NCBI RefSeq assembly: GCF_964204645.1
Contig: NC_134028.1
Location: 21,572,345-21,636,344 of the forward strand
DNA: 64,000 bases
Direction: 5' to 3'
From: Tubulanus polymorphus
Lineage: Eukaryota; Animalia; Nemertea
A program made the position numbers and the translations under genes. Under the pieces are notes generated by a model. That model made no database searches. It saw nothing but the letters and a program-made list of their open reading frames with translations, and was not told the origin of the DNA. This document shows positions 13,632 through 28,600 of the stretch, piece by piece (the first letter of the stretch is position 1; each line of letters opens with the position of its first letter).

Positions 13632-16600
13632 CTGCGAGATGATGAGACAAAGACATGATTTTCTTCATCTGGGAGTGAAATTTCTTGTAGTGGAATTGGG
13701 ACTTTTGACAGAACACGAGTTGTGGGAACATGAAGGGATGGAGTGTGGGGGGAAGGAGAGGGGGATATGAAATGTACAATGAATGACTGACAAATGTCAT
13801 CTATAAACGAACCGTAAAGATTTTTGATCGTTATAATCAGATAGCCAAAATTTCTTTATCAAATCTTCATTTCATTATTCAGAAAACAAAAAATCAAGTG
13901 AGCACAGTAAGTAGTGAAGTCTTGAAGAAACTATGAAAACTGGATTTAAAATATTATATTATGTTGGCATCCTAGAATGGTTGGAATTTGATTAGGATAT
14001 ATTTACCCTTCTAGGACTTGGTTGCGGTTGCTCAACTTGACGATCAGAAAGTATTGCACCAGTAGATATAGGCTGTCACGAATAAAAACAACATAACAAT
14101 ATGGTGAAAAGTACAATGCACGGTCAACCAGGTAAATCCCAGGTGATGGACAAGGTCTAGCAATTCATAGTGGCCAATCTGTCCATCAAACAGAAACAAA
14201 TATAACATTATATTGGATGGTTCCGTTATCTCGGAAGCTCAAGAAACCTTCACAATGTTTTGTAATGTAATGTAATGTTCATTTGATCAATAAAGAATTA
14301 TTAACAATTATGTACATACAAAATGTATAATATATAATGAATCATTGATTGGTTGCCACCCCGAGTCAAAATGACTGTAACCCTAATACAGTTTGTTATA
14401 ACACTATTCTTTATATCGCCTGTGCTCACTAAACACCAACGCATTTCTGATGACAATTAAGCCATATTCTACTAAAACGCGATGAAAATATAATGTCCGA
14501 ATTTTTGGCCGAATTTATAGTGGGATTTCTCTCGTTATATTTCGATACTGGAATAACTTACACGCACTAATTTGCTGCCTTTTCTCGTGATCTCATGTCT
14601 CGAGACTCGTTCTACATGTTCGACGGGGAACATTCCCGCTCGGCCATTCAGTGAACCGTACATCCATCCTATAAAACACAGCGTTATATGATAACGAAAG
14701 GACGTCTGCCCGAGTTGGTAATCCCACGGTAAATTTATTCCCAATTCGGTATTCAGTAAGAAATGCGCGAAATATTGCGAGTCTAAATGATACGTAAGAC
14801 GAGTGGAGTATGAATAGGTTCTACTCACCGTGAGCTAAATGTCTGTCTTTGCTGGTGACCTTGATCAGGTCGCCGGACTGGAAACTGAGTAATGTAGATT
14901 CGCGGGTGTGATACGTATTCAAAGCCCGAACGTAGACAGTGCCCTGAAAATAAAACATCAGCAATGACGAATAAACACTTCGTGATCAACTATTTAAATC
15001 ATTCTCAAAAACTACCATTCAAATACCGATACTGGATCTACATGATTTTGCTATTTCCTAGATCCCGAAATCCATGAAATAATTGAATAATCATCGAAAT
15101 AAGTTCCGAGAAAAAGGAAATGATTTTCTATGAAAGGATAAATGTTGCAAAGGATACTGTTTCATCGAGAATATTGTATCTTTCGGTAAATATTTTCATC
15201 ATTTCATGTCTTCATTAAAAGTGTAGCATGTTAACAAAATCGATTGTAAAGTAAAAAATCTTTTTTTGCTGAACCTGGTTCCCAGAAGAGGATTTAACAA
15301 ACAGGATCCAGTTCCACAGTTCACAGTTAAGAAGTGACTCATCGAAAATTATCTCATTCAAACTCAAATCTTAACTTTAACTTACACAACTGTGGAACTA
15401 GCCCCAGGAGATTTAGAATTGAAAAATATTACGTATTTGTTTATATGTTTACGGGGAGGGGAGAGGATAAGGTCGAACCGGGAGAAATAAGATCGTAAAT
15501 AGCAATCGTCGCAAAATCATTTCGAATCGAGGAGGATTAAAAATCAATTCAAACAAGAACGAAGCATTCGTAAATAAATAACCTGCTGTCATATCAACCC
15601 GAAAATATCATAAATACGTGAACATCATTTCCTGAAATTGAAGAAAGCCGCATATACATGTATATCTTTCTCGCGGGCATTCATCATGATATATTGCCCA
15701 AGTATGACTTAACCCTTTCGGTGCTGGCTAATTAATACCCTATAGTGCTGAAGATAATTTGAAAATTCTGAAAAATTCACCCTAGTGTGTTGAATAGCGG
15801 GAATACCACTATAGTGGGTCTACACCCTGGCACGGTATATCATTAGTTACTAATATTTCACTATGTTTGACAGGTGCTGCCATCTTTCAAGAGAGATAAT
15901 TAGTAATTACTAATCAAATCATTACACCGCAGTGCGGTGTACTAGCAAAATACATCACTGATTCGTACACCGCACTGCGGTGTAGAGGCACTGAAAGGGT
16001 TAAACAATATATCAGTCATATCTCTGTACAGTAGATTGCCCCTTACTCGGTACCTCAAAATGTTTCATTTAAATAAAAGTTTGGAACATATTTGGTTTAA
16101 CTTTCTATTTCCTTAATCATTAATTACTTAATTTCCAATTCAGAGAGTTGAAATCTATTTCGACATACAGTAGACGCCTCGTTACTCGGTGACTAGTCAA
16201 CTCCTGGGATACGACTCAGAACATGCAGCATGAACTTTGCTAAAACCTTCTATTTCCCTGATAATTCTATTTCCCAACTCAATAATTGTTATTACCTTTT
16301 CTGAGTCGATACAATACGCCTCAATCAGCTGTTTTATCTCAGTTGCCTATCAATAAATATGAAAGTAACATTTTGAAACCAGTCAAAATATCATAACAGT
16401 TGATAATATCAGAAATTGGATGGACTTTTCAGAATTGGATGGACTTTTCAGAACTGAAATCTTACTCTAGGAGAGAATAAAGAATGTTGTAGTTTATCGT
16501 TCGTATTGACGATGACGATGCCTGTTTTCGGAGTAGTGACATCAATAATCTGTTCGAATCTGAAAAACATTCCAACAAAAATCCATCGACATGTTCCATC

Positions 16601-19600
16601 AAATACAAACCCAGTTCCACAGTAAATGAAGACGAAATTTGACAGTCAATCCACTAATTTAATTTTCAAACTCTTAAGCACCGCAATTGCAAAGCCCTCT
16701 TTCTAACTCTCAGCTTGCAACTGCTGAAAACTTCATGTAAATGTTCCTCAGTAATTGCAAAAAGTTCGATAGGAGTCAACCACCAAATTGTCAGCAAATG
16801 ACTATGACTGTAGAACTGCAGTCCAGGGCCCAGTTTCACAAAAAAGTTAAACTTAAATTTTTCACGTCATTGCCATTGGTTACTTCATGTTTGCAATGAG
16901 GACAACAATTCAAACTTAACCATTTTAGGCTTAAACTTTTTCGTGAAACTGGGCCCAGGACTGTAGGAATTATACGACTAACCCACGTACCTGATATGCT
17001 GCAGAATCGTCAAACTTTCATCGACAAAATCCTTCTCTCTCCTGATGTATCTGACTCCCGAGTGACTTACTGCGATCATTTCAGTGTCCACAAACTCTTT
17101 CTCACACTGTAAACAATATCAATCGATTTTTAAGGCCAAATCAAAATTTATGCCTCTTGACAATCACACACAGATGAACAAAGAATACACCAAACTATTT
17201 GAGAGGATAAAATGCCCATTTCTTTCCTTAGAAAAGGAGTTACTTTCAAAAAATTGGAATGTTGCTATTAGATACGGTCATATACAGATCATACATACCA
17301 TTACTGGGAATAACCTCGAAAAGTAAACAGGCCATTCCCGGGCTGCTTCAACTACCATCTTCTTTACGTAACTTTTATGCGTAGGTGAAGTGAAATTTTC
17401 GGACGTAACGCCGTGACTCTCTGGAAAATATGATGTTATTTCGACATCAGTGAAGTGCAAGGCGCGAGATCGTTTAACCCTTTCAGTGCTGACTAATCAA
17501 TACCCTATAGTGCTGGAGATAATTTGAAATTTTTGAAAAATTCCACCCTAGCGTGTTGAATAACGGGAATACCACTATAGTGCGTCTACACCGCGGCGCG
17601 GTGTATCGTTAGTTACTAGTATTTCACTACGTTTGACAGGTGCTGCCATTTTTCAAGAGAGATAATTACTAATTACTTATTACATCAATACACAGCAGCG
17701 CGGTGTGCTCGCAAAATCCATCACCGATTCATACACCGCACTGCGGTGTAAAGGCACTGAAAGGGTTAAATCCCTGAGATTCACGCGGTAATCTCATCAT
17801 TAGGGTAACTAACTGATCTCGAATTTTCATATCATCCGATGCAATTACAACTTTTATCATCACTAGGTGGCACTGTCGGTATGTTTCTGCGTTTCTTGTT
17901 TTGGTGTTTGCGATAGCAGGCAATTAAAATTCTAGCCCCGATGGGTTATCGAACGCTTACCGAGCAAGCTTCTCATTTTCACGCGTTCATCTTTGTTGAT
18001 TCGCACGCAATTCGTCACGAATACATCCTGCGCCACCTGGCAGAATATCAACGTCAAAGCGAGAGGATTGTCCAACCGTTCGGACGGAGAAAACACCTGA
18101 AATGATTATAACGCATTTATTTTCCACCCAAGTATTTCATGGAAATGAACAGATACAATCATGCTACAGTCGACATTTAGTGGTGACTGATAAAAGTGAT
18201 TTTCAGGAGAAATTACTGAAGAGAGTTCCCCTTGGCAAATGCAATACGCGAAATGCAAATGAATTTCCCAAATATTTCCCTGATTACGGGAAGATTTCTC
18301 AAGTTCCCAAATATTTCCAAATGGGAATTATTATTTCGAAAGGCCCAGGTTTTTCCCAATTTCCCCGTACTGGGGGAACCTTGATTACGAGGTGTTGCGG
18401 TCTCTCCGCCCAAGAGAGATCAAATTCTTGACCTGATGGATGGTTCTCTCCAGCGCTAGATGACCGATGCATAGTTATAAGCTAAGCCGGCGTAATCAGC
18501 AGCATTTATATCTATCTTACCTCTTTTCTGATCTGTATCTGCCAGGGTACTCGAGTGTACATGTAGAACGGTGCCGAATTAGCCGAATGTAGCTGCGACA
18601 CGATCGTTTCTATTGTTTGTTGCGATTTCGGGCTGACGAACGGCATCAGCGGCGGTGGTTTAGGAATCGACGCTCTCTCGGGAGATTGTCTCGCTTCTAT
18701 AGGTCCAGCTATATATATATATAGACACGATAATAACACAGTGAACTTCGGATTTTTTTAAAGTCAGTAGAAGAGTGTTCGTCTCGGAAACTAATAACTA
18801 CATCAGAATGGCAGGGATCCAGTTCTGTATATACAGTTGTGGGCTAAGATTCAGAATTCAATCTGAACCTAAACAACTCTAATGTCAAGTTTGACTATAC
18901 TAAATACCGGTACAGTATTTTTTTCTCGTAGTGAGAATTGTGCTCAGATCTGAAAAATGAAAGAGGCTTACTTCTAAATTCAGGAGGTGGAAGGGGTATC
19001 GGTATCGGTTCCGTTTGTGTCTTCTCCGGTTCATCTTCATCTTTATTCAAACTCGACATTTTCCATTGTAGCAACATCGCGCGTTGTTTCATATCTATTT
19101 TCACGCCTGTGTCGATTTTCTCGGGCGGTTTCTCGCCTCCGTCGAGCTGGAATACAAACATCTCCGTTACGAACTTCCATATCTTAGTCAAAGGTTCTTT
19201 TATTGACTGAATCAGGAAAAGGAAACCTTCTACTGATAATCCCTAAATGGTGCTCAGTGTATGGAGATCTATCCTATGACAGTGGTAGCAATTGTCAAAT
19301 ATCAAGACTTTATGTTAAAACCTGTCAATACTTTCCTCAAAAAACCTGTTTCCATCAACAAATGAGAACTGATGCGTAAAAATCAACGGAAAAAAAAACC
19401 AGTTTGATATTCTATTCTATTCTATGTTTAAGATCCCTTCCTAACGTATATCCATAATAATTTCAATGTCAATAAATTCTGATGTTATACCGGGAATGGG
19501 CTCAAAACATATGCGAATAGAGTATGGATGGATTTACATTTTTACCTTGTCGGTTTTTGGATCTTTGCCGAGTTTAGCGAGAGCGGACGCAATACCGATC

Positions 19601-22600
19601 TCGGCTGCCTTTTTGATATTCTCACGACTCGCGCTTTGAGTACGAATAAGTTCCATTGTTTCCTGTTCCACTTGATCGCGATGTGCCACGGCGCCGGCGC
19701 CGGTTATCTCGTGCGTTTTCACGGGTTTCTCCTCGATGAACAGTTTTCCGACGTGTACTTTGTGTCGGTGATCGCGGTTCGGTTTCGGTGGCCAGCAGAC
19801 GTGACCGACGCGAATCGTCGTCGCGCGTCCCGGCAGTTTCTCTACCTCGACTCGCTCGTCGTCCGTCGGAGGAGGGGACGGCGTCGCCATCGATTTTTGT
19901 CGGTCGATCTTGACACTTGAACCGAGCATCAACATCGCTCCGTCCTGGTCGGAGCTTTCAGAATCCGATATATGGCCGTTTGAAACCGGTGGTGGGGGTG
20001 GAGGGGGAGGTGGAGCAGTCCGTTTAACCGGTAACCCGGGCTTCATCGGAGATCCCAGACCCGGCGAACTGGTTTTAACTGGTGACCCCAGTTTTGTTGG
20101 AGATCGAGGACCCGGTGAACTGGTTTTAACCGGTGAGCCAGGTTTTGTTTTCGTCGGTGAACGTCTCACTTTCGGCGATGTAACGGGACTGGTTATCGGC
20201 GAGCCTTCGACGCCCGGTATAGTCTGCACGTCTTCGGAGAATTTAACCATCGATATTTTCCTCTGCGGCGACGTCACACGCTCCGGAGGGGACTGTGACT
20301 CGTAATGCTCCTTGAGATTACGCACGGCTGCACGGTTGCCGTGGCCCGGACCTTGCGGGATGACTATCGGCGACGGAGCGCTAACGCCTTTACGCCGTTC
20401 CGATAAAGATGGCTGATTGAGATGATTCGACGACGTTGAAGGCGTCGGTTGGCTGCCGGTCGGTGTCGCAATCTGCTGCAGTTGTTGTTTCAATATTTCA
20501 CCTTGGAGCGAGTATTGAAGTAGTTGATTCTGTAAAGCCTGTTGTTGGACAGCCGCATGCAGAACTTGCTGTTGCTGCTCCTAAAACATAAATAAATCAA
20601 TCGACATCGAATCCAGTAAATAATCTCAAACTGATAGTTTAGGGGGTACCCGGGTTACGGTAGTTAGTTAACTAGCTTCATACAATTCATGCTCTGTTCG
20701 GAGCAAATGTTACCTAGAACTATTGAGCCAGAATGCGAACCCCACATTTCTACACAGTCACGAATCAGACAGAAGTAACTACTACTAGTCATGTTTGGAA
20801 AATGCTTCAGTTTCTAGACTTCTTATACGGTAAAACCCCGAACACAGCCTTTCTACTTGGATGACTGATTATATATGACTGTGACCGCCTATCAAGCAGA
20901 TCCACCCATGAAAACTAGTGAAATTATATTCAAATTTCTTTCGGAAGACCTACCATTTGAGCCATAGTTGCATTTTGACTAGCGATTTGATGTGCAGCTT
21001 GGTTCAGGTTGGCTTGTTGGGTTGCTATCTGCTGAGCTTGCATATGCAAATACGGATTACCTAAGTTCGGATTCACAGTCGCCAAACCAGGAGTTACTGA
21101 ACCTAAACCGGGATTAACGAGCGGAACTGGAATGAAAGTTTTGAAATCCTTTAAGATATATTCTGATTTCAGAATATTTCATAATGAATTTTTCTTTATA
21201 TCGTGAGCAATTTATCTCTAAAATGTGAACTCTTGTTGGACCTACCGGTTCCAAATCCGGCGCTGATGGGCGGATTCATTAATTGGTTACCCATGGCGAC
21301 ATTGTTCATGCCCAAATTCATTACTCCAGTTCCTGCTTGAGGCATGTACGCAGTCTATAGAAAGACAGTCAGTAAATTAATTAAACAAGAATTATATATA
21401 AATCTACATGGGCTCCAGTACAAGTGAGACTATCACTGGCAGTGATTGTCTGCCCCTCTGTCTTTACCCCTCCTCTCTTCCCTCTTTTAACCCCCTCATT
21501 CTTCACTCTCCAGTTTGCACTCTACCCCCATATTCTCCACTCCTCTCTCCACCCCTCATTCTCCACTCTCCCCTCTCTTTACTGATGATGAAATTCACCC
21601 AGTTTATGAGAAATACAGATTAAACGTCATATTTTATATACATTTACATGAGACAGACCAGGATAATATCTGGATCCAGATAAGCGAGTTTTACAGAATG
21701 TTCAACTCCTTTGTGAAATTTGGTACCGATCGCAATTCAAGATGATCTCACCTGGTTCAGTCCCGGTACTCCCTCACCTCCTCCGCGCATTACTCGTACC
21801 ATCCTCGGCCCGTCCGTCAAATCATCCAAACTCTCGTCGATATCCTGATCGAAATCGAACAATTCATCGACCATTCGACTGATCTCGGACGGCGCCGGTT
21901 GACTGGTCGACTGAGCGTCGTATTGTTCACTTCCTGTCGACGTAGTTCGCTCGCGTTCTTGACTCGCTGTTTTATGTAATATCTTATCCCGAGCCGTCTG
22001 GCCGCCGGGTTTCACGTTCGTCGTTTGCGGCGATTTTATGAAATGTCCGCCGGTCACGTGACCGTTCGGCACGTCGTAGTCGACGGCGACGCAGTTAGCG
22101 ACGTGATTGTTGACGACGATCCCATTGGCATAGTAACGATCGTTCAGTTTCGAGCGGGCCAAATCGGAATTGACCTCAGCGATGTTTCGATATCGCTGAT
22201 TCAACTGCGACGAGTTCGATAGTCCCAAATTGTCGTTTTGTCGTTGCGGCGGACTACCACTTGGCGGCAGCACCGGCGGTACAGGCGCGCTACGTTTGAT
22301 ATATCTCGAATTGAGGCGGCTCTGGCGAGCGAGTCCGCTTTCCTCGCCGATCGTCGCTGGGCGCTGATTTAATTTGCTCTCCTGCGAAAACACGAGCGAT
22401 TCGTTCGGCGAAACCGGCGGCGATCTTGTCGGCGACGGCGAACTCGACGACCGGCGTCGCCGCCGAGCAGATGTGATTACCGGCGATTGCGGAGTATCCG
22501 ACGGCAGCAGCACGATCGTGTTTGAATCCAATTTAAAAATCCGTGGAAGATCAGGATTGTGAGGTCTGAAAATGCAAACCGGTTATATATATTCTACACA

Positions 22601-25600
22601 TATTTATGAATAAATAGATTGTAAATAACAATATCCAGTAGCTGCTGCAGTTTCTCAAAAGTTAGGTAAAGATAACCGCTGGATAAATACCATGCTAACA
22701 ATGAACTTTAAATTGTCGAACCATTGATGAAACACTATTCCGTGTTGCGACAATATATACAGAATAACACTGATAAAACGAGAAAGATGAAGTCCGAAAG
22801 TTTCCTCAAAGTCGTCTTCAGGAATTAGCTGTAAGTAAACTTTTCGGACTTCAGTTTTCGCGTTTAATTCATGTAGCATTCTCTATATGTCACCATGTCA
22901 ACTATCCACTGGTTAACTCTAAACTTACATTTGAGCGACTGGCCCGGATTAATATCATGCAGTTTTAATCGTCATTATGTCAACTATCCACTGCTTAACT
23001 CTAACCATCTGGAACCATCGGCCCGAGAAAAATATGTATCACATAGTTTTAATTGTCGCTATGTTGACTATCCATTGGTTAACTCTAACCAACCATTGAG
23101 CAGCTGGCCCCAGAAAAATATGTATCATGTAGTTTTAATAGTCACTATATCAACTATCCACTGGTTAACTCTAAGAAACTTTGAGCAACTGCCGCCCCTG
23201 ACTTAGTATAAATTCCAATTACAACGATCTGAATTAAGCGAGTTTGACTGTCGGTTTCACTTACGTATTGGCGTATGTTTTTATCCGGCTCGCTTTGCGA
23301 TCTCTCGATTTTGACGGCGACACGAGGAAGTACGCCTGATTACACGGAAAATGAGGCGGTATTTCCATTTCGCTGATCAGATCGAGGATATAGTTGTAGC
23401 CGGCGAGTTCGTAGACGTCGTCGTCGTCCAACAGCTGAACGCTCCAACCGTGATTACTCTCCATCAGATTACGCGATTTCAACACGCGCGACGCAAATTC
23501 TTCGCCTGTCATCCATGAATTAACCGCTCCAACACCAGTCGTACCTGATGCATAAATAAACGGTTACAGCGCTGGTAATTTTTCAAAAAAAATCTGTACA
23601 TGTTACCGCAGCATGGCCACTTTATTTGACTAGCTTTTCCCCTGACATGCACGTTGTTTTCCCTGACCCGTGCGTAGTTTTCCCTGACTCGATCTGCTAA
23701 GAATCCAATCAATTAACATAGTTGAATATGTAAAACATAGACGGAAACTGTTTGATTTTATGCGCAATCTGGCAGTCTCAACAAATTTCCCCGACTTATC
23801 CCCGATTTTTAGCTTTTTTTAAAACAAAATTCCCCATTCCCTGATTCCCAGGTGAGGGGGCTACCCTGTCCTTGCAGTAAGAAGAAACGAATGGCAGATC
23901 GAGTTGATTAAGTCGGTCTGCCAATCGGTGCTCAGTCAGTTGAAGGATTGAAAAGTTGGACCCAGTCCCGCAGTACTAAGTTATAGTCGACTCTTAAGTA
24001 GAGGTTCATTTATAATGAGCTGACCGAGTCTCACATCTGCCTAAGTCGATCTAGCAGATTTATAAAGCTTACCGTCGGTGAATTTGACCTCGAGTGCCAT
24101 GTGAGCGCGTTTTCGGTTGGCTTTCCACTCCAACATACACGGTGGATACGTACGAGAGAAAACAGCGTCGTTTTTCATCATTTGTAACATTTTGTGTTGA
24201 CAAACCGATTTGAATCCGTTATACGCGTAATCGGATACATACCTAAACAACAGAAAGAACAGTTATTCTTCATCAACAGAAAGAACAGTCATTCTTCATC
24301 AACAGAAAGAACAGTCATTCTTCATCAACAGAAAGAACAGTCATTCTTCATCAACAGAAAGAATAGCCATTCTTCATCAACATGAAGAATAGACATTCTT
24401 CATCAACAGACAGAATAGCCATTCTTCATCAACAGAAAGAACAGTCATTCCTCATCAATCAGTTCCGTATTTAATTAGGTTTTTGGTCTTTTCCTATTTC
24501 GTCCATTCCCTTTCGTTTCACCCCTCTAATCACCCATTTGACATGGCCATTTCAATTTCCTATTACCTTCATGTCTTTCCCTTCCCATTTAACCCCTTGC
24601 TACTTCGCCCCTTTTGCATTCTATATTCTTAACATATGGAGGTTGGTTCAAAAATTTGAAATATAAAGTGGGAATGAAATGGGAAATTTTACTTCAAGTT
24701 TGCATACGTATCTGTATAACCTTGGGGAACATTTCAAGGTGAATCAATCTTTTCCAGTTTTTTCAATTGCTTGGTTTACGGGATAGATAGACCTATCAAA
24801 ATATCATTTCAGAGGAGGAAATGAAAATTTTAAAAAAATCCCTTAGTGAGATAAAATCACTTTTTAAAGGAAGACTGAACTGTCAATAGGGCAGTATACA
24901 TGTATACATAGTCCAAAAAAATGATTCTTGGAAAGTTCGAGTTCTGCACATTGCGATCAAAGAAGAACCTTGTGTTTTTCAAATTTTTTCATCACTCAAG
25001 CCAGGATTCTCATTTGGTTTTTTGCTTATTTTTTCACTGAATTTGTTTTTTTGAATCTGTTTTTTAACCTTGTCACACGATCTATGACATGAGTATATAT
25101 AGCACTGGTCCATGATTTCAAGGCCCTCGAATCAAGCAGTATACAAATACCGGTATATTGATATTCAAGGTTGAATGCTTACTTCAGTAGATATTTGTAC
25201 AAACGAGGCGTAGGCGGAAATGTACTGAGACAATTCGCCATCAGCAACCAACCGCGTTCGTTGTTAGCCTCGTTGTTGTTTTGCCATGTTTGATTGATAA
25301 GTTGAGAGTAGATCTCGTCTCTCAGTCGACCGTTCTCCAACACCTGCAATTATCAATGCACTCAAAATCATCTGCTCTTTTTTCTTCAAAAATTTTTCAA
25401 CTCAAAAAGTTAGATAAAGAAGAGATATCGAATCATCTAGTTACAAAAATTTGAATTTGGAAGATAAATTTTGGGAAAATGGGTCAATGCTGATTTTTAA
25501 GTAAGATTTTTGCTTGATCAAACTCGTATTTTCTTTTTCTTTCTGAGGGTATTTGGCTTTATGTTACTAAATACCATGTGTGTGTGTATGTGTATGTTTA

Positions 25601-28600
25601 TGTGCATGTGTATGTATATTGTGGTATTATGTTAGTTGTATCAGTTGTTAAAACTTTTTTTTGCAAAATAATCAAAAAAAAATCTTCAATCACAAATTCT
25701 TTTTGGCGATTGATGTATGGACCATATAGCGAGATACGGAAAACACGATCTGGGCCCGCGTCTGGACAGGGCTCTGGACCCGGCCGGTGCTGATGAAAAC
25801 CAGGAGGCCGTTTCACAAAGCGTAATCAAACCTTGATTAACTCCACAAAAAGTTTCACAAAATGTAATTACAGTTTGTGAAACTGGGAGGTGTATGAGCT
25901 ATCAAACTTATACGTACCATTTGAACGATATAATCGCCCAATAAAGTCTCTCGCCAACCAACTAAATTAGCATCATTCATAAATCGTAATATCTGAAAAG
26001 TTTAAAAATCGTTTGAAATATAATATCTTTGAGTAGTTCAGAATTCTTTGAAGATGTAATTGGTTTAGTTTTCGTACCAGTTTGAATAAAGCTACAGCAT
26101 CAATGGCGTCATCAGCATCAGTCACTGTGAATGGTTGATCAATAGGTTCAGTTCTCATACCCCAATCACCTGGAGCCTATGACAATACAACAACTAAATG
26201 CTTTAAGCCACCCTACATCTGCTGAGACAAGAAGCTGCTTTTGTTGGAGTTTGCCGCTTCGGGTCAGATCGCTGAACTCTGGAATTTTTACTTTTTTTTC
26301 ACATCCATACAATTTCGATTTTTTGTATATCTCTTCGTCACAAAACACCTGGGCCTTATTTCAGAGACTGAATATCAAAGTTATTCCTAGAGGGATAACT
26401 CCTTAATCTGGGTAACAACCACCGTAGTAACGATGAGAAACCATGGTTATAACTGACGAATTTCAAAATAATCCCAGGAACAATTTTTCTTCCACATCTA
26501 TGAAACCCAGCCAAGGATTTTCACATTTTTTTCACGCCAAGATACAAAAACATAAGCCATTACTGGTCATAATCTGAACGGATTGAAATAAAATTTCATA
26601 AACTTTAAATAACGCAGCATAAATTCTAAACTCCACAGTATATGGGATAAAAAGGGATCAAAACAATTGAATTTTTCAATTGAATTATTCACACATTTTC
26701 ATGATTTTCAAAATCGTTTGCTAGTATTTCACAATTTTCCCATCGACGGCACCCTTCTGACCCATGCTTCAATTCAACCCATCCTTTTGATCCAATGGAT
26801 CCCTGCTTGCTAATCAGGTTGAAGGTACCCGATTACTTACCTTGAGGAATACATTGCGTAGTTTAGCGACAGTGTGAGCATTGATGTCATAAGGTAACGA
26901 GTACTCATTGCTCTCCGTCTGTGTGATGTTGCCCACTACTGTTACGATGTTACGATCGCTGTGCAATGGCTGCCATTCTGCAAGAATAAACGTCACAAAT
27001 ATCAACACTAAAATCAGGTAAATATCATTTCATTCATTCATTTACCCGATGAAGCTCTGTATGTATTTTCAATAAAATAGAAGTAAACCTACAAAGAACT
27101 ATCTGTCTTTCCCGTTTACAGACTTGATACCTGGTTAACACATCTCATTAATAGCAGATAGATTCTATTGATTCAATATGTTTCTTAACTGAGCTTTTTA
27201 GTCTTATAGCAATAGTTCAAAATAGTACAATTTCAGTTGTATGTCTAGATCAAGTTTTTCAGATGAGCCAGCTTCAGCCATTCACAAGCTACGGCTAGGA
27301 TTGACGGTTGGGGCTATTTGCATATATCAGGTGACCAGCTCTAGCCAATCATGGCATTTGGTGATTTTCAGAGGCGTCTGATTCAAAACAAATGTCTTCG
27401 GCAAATATTTGTATGCAAATATGTGTATTTTTGTACTTGTACATCCTAATGTTAACAATAACTAGATTCAACACACACAATAAAACACACTGAAACTTAA
27501 GTATTGTTATGGCTCATGCTTCAGTCCGGGCACTAAGTCAGATTATCATCAACAAGTCAGCAAAATATCAGAGAGATCTGTCGCAAATTATGTGACTAAT
27601 ACATATTGCAATATCGAATCTGCATTATGATATACTATATACTTGTTACTTGAGAACTTCGAGATTTGAAATGGTTCTGCGATGTACATAAGTAACATAC
27701 CTGTATGGAAAAAAAACATTTTCCCTCCATTTACTCATAATAGTCGACACACAGTCACAGCTACTGATGAAATGGCTATGAAAATCTGTTTCATATCATG
27801 AAACTACTTTTCAACAGGACCGTTTGAATGAAGCGTACCGGTAATCAATAATTCAATAAATCAATACGCTCGTTTATATGATGGATACGGTTGATTGATT
27901 GACTAGTTGTTGTATGCAGAGTAAAAAGAGACTTACGATCTTGTTGACCGAATAAAACCGCCAACCTCGGCGGAACTTCTAGATGGGCAACGTTCACCAT
28001 AGCTCGAGCTGCTCTTTCCTGAAAATAACAGAAAACACAAATACGCATGTAAATATCTAATTACCCAAAGTTTGTTCTACATGAGCCAATTTCACCCATA
28101 AGTTTTTGACTAAGAATTTAATAATGGTCGTTAGCAACTTCGTCATTCTCAATTGCTCAGAAGTTTTCATTGAAACTTTCCAAAACCCGGTTCCACATCC
28201 GACTCTAGGGTTGCCACAAACTGTGGATCCGAGTAGTTTTTATTATAGAGATTTTGGTTCTGGAAAATGTAACATTAATTTTGACACATTGTAAAGTAAT
28301 TCGTATAGACAAAGAGTTACCAGTTGTGCAAACTTCTAGGCTCCATTGAAATAGAACCACCATTAGAATCAGACCCACATAGAATATAGAAATTTCTTAT
28401 GATTTTATTTGGAAAAATATAAGTACGATAACCACACTCAAACGTGGTGAACAAATAATAAGATCGTTTCCATCTCACCCTAGAGATCATCGTCAGGGTG
28501 ATGAAGGGTGAGATCATAACGTCGTGTTCTTATATTTTAGATTGTTTCAATAAATGAATTCTCTATTATAGAATTCTTTTAATTTGTAAATAGTGGGTTT

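Noticed and set aside
13342-22562. Plus-strand ORFs such as 13342..13770, 19528..19920, 19910..20305 and 22374..22562
   Set aside because: They are antisense shadows of GC-richer myosin exons.
24246-24458. 26-bp direct repeats as a CRISPR array
   Set aside because: Head-to-tail with no spacers; it is a minisatellite.
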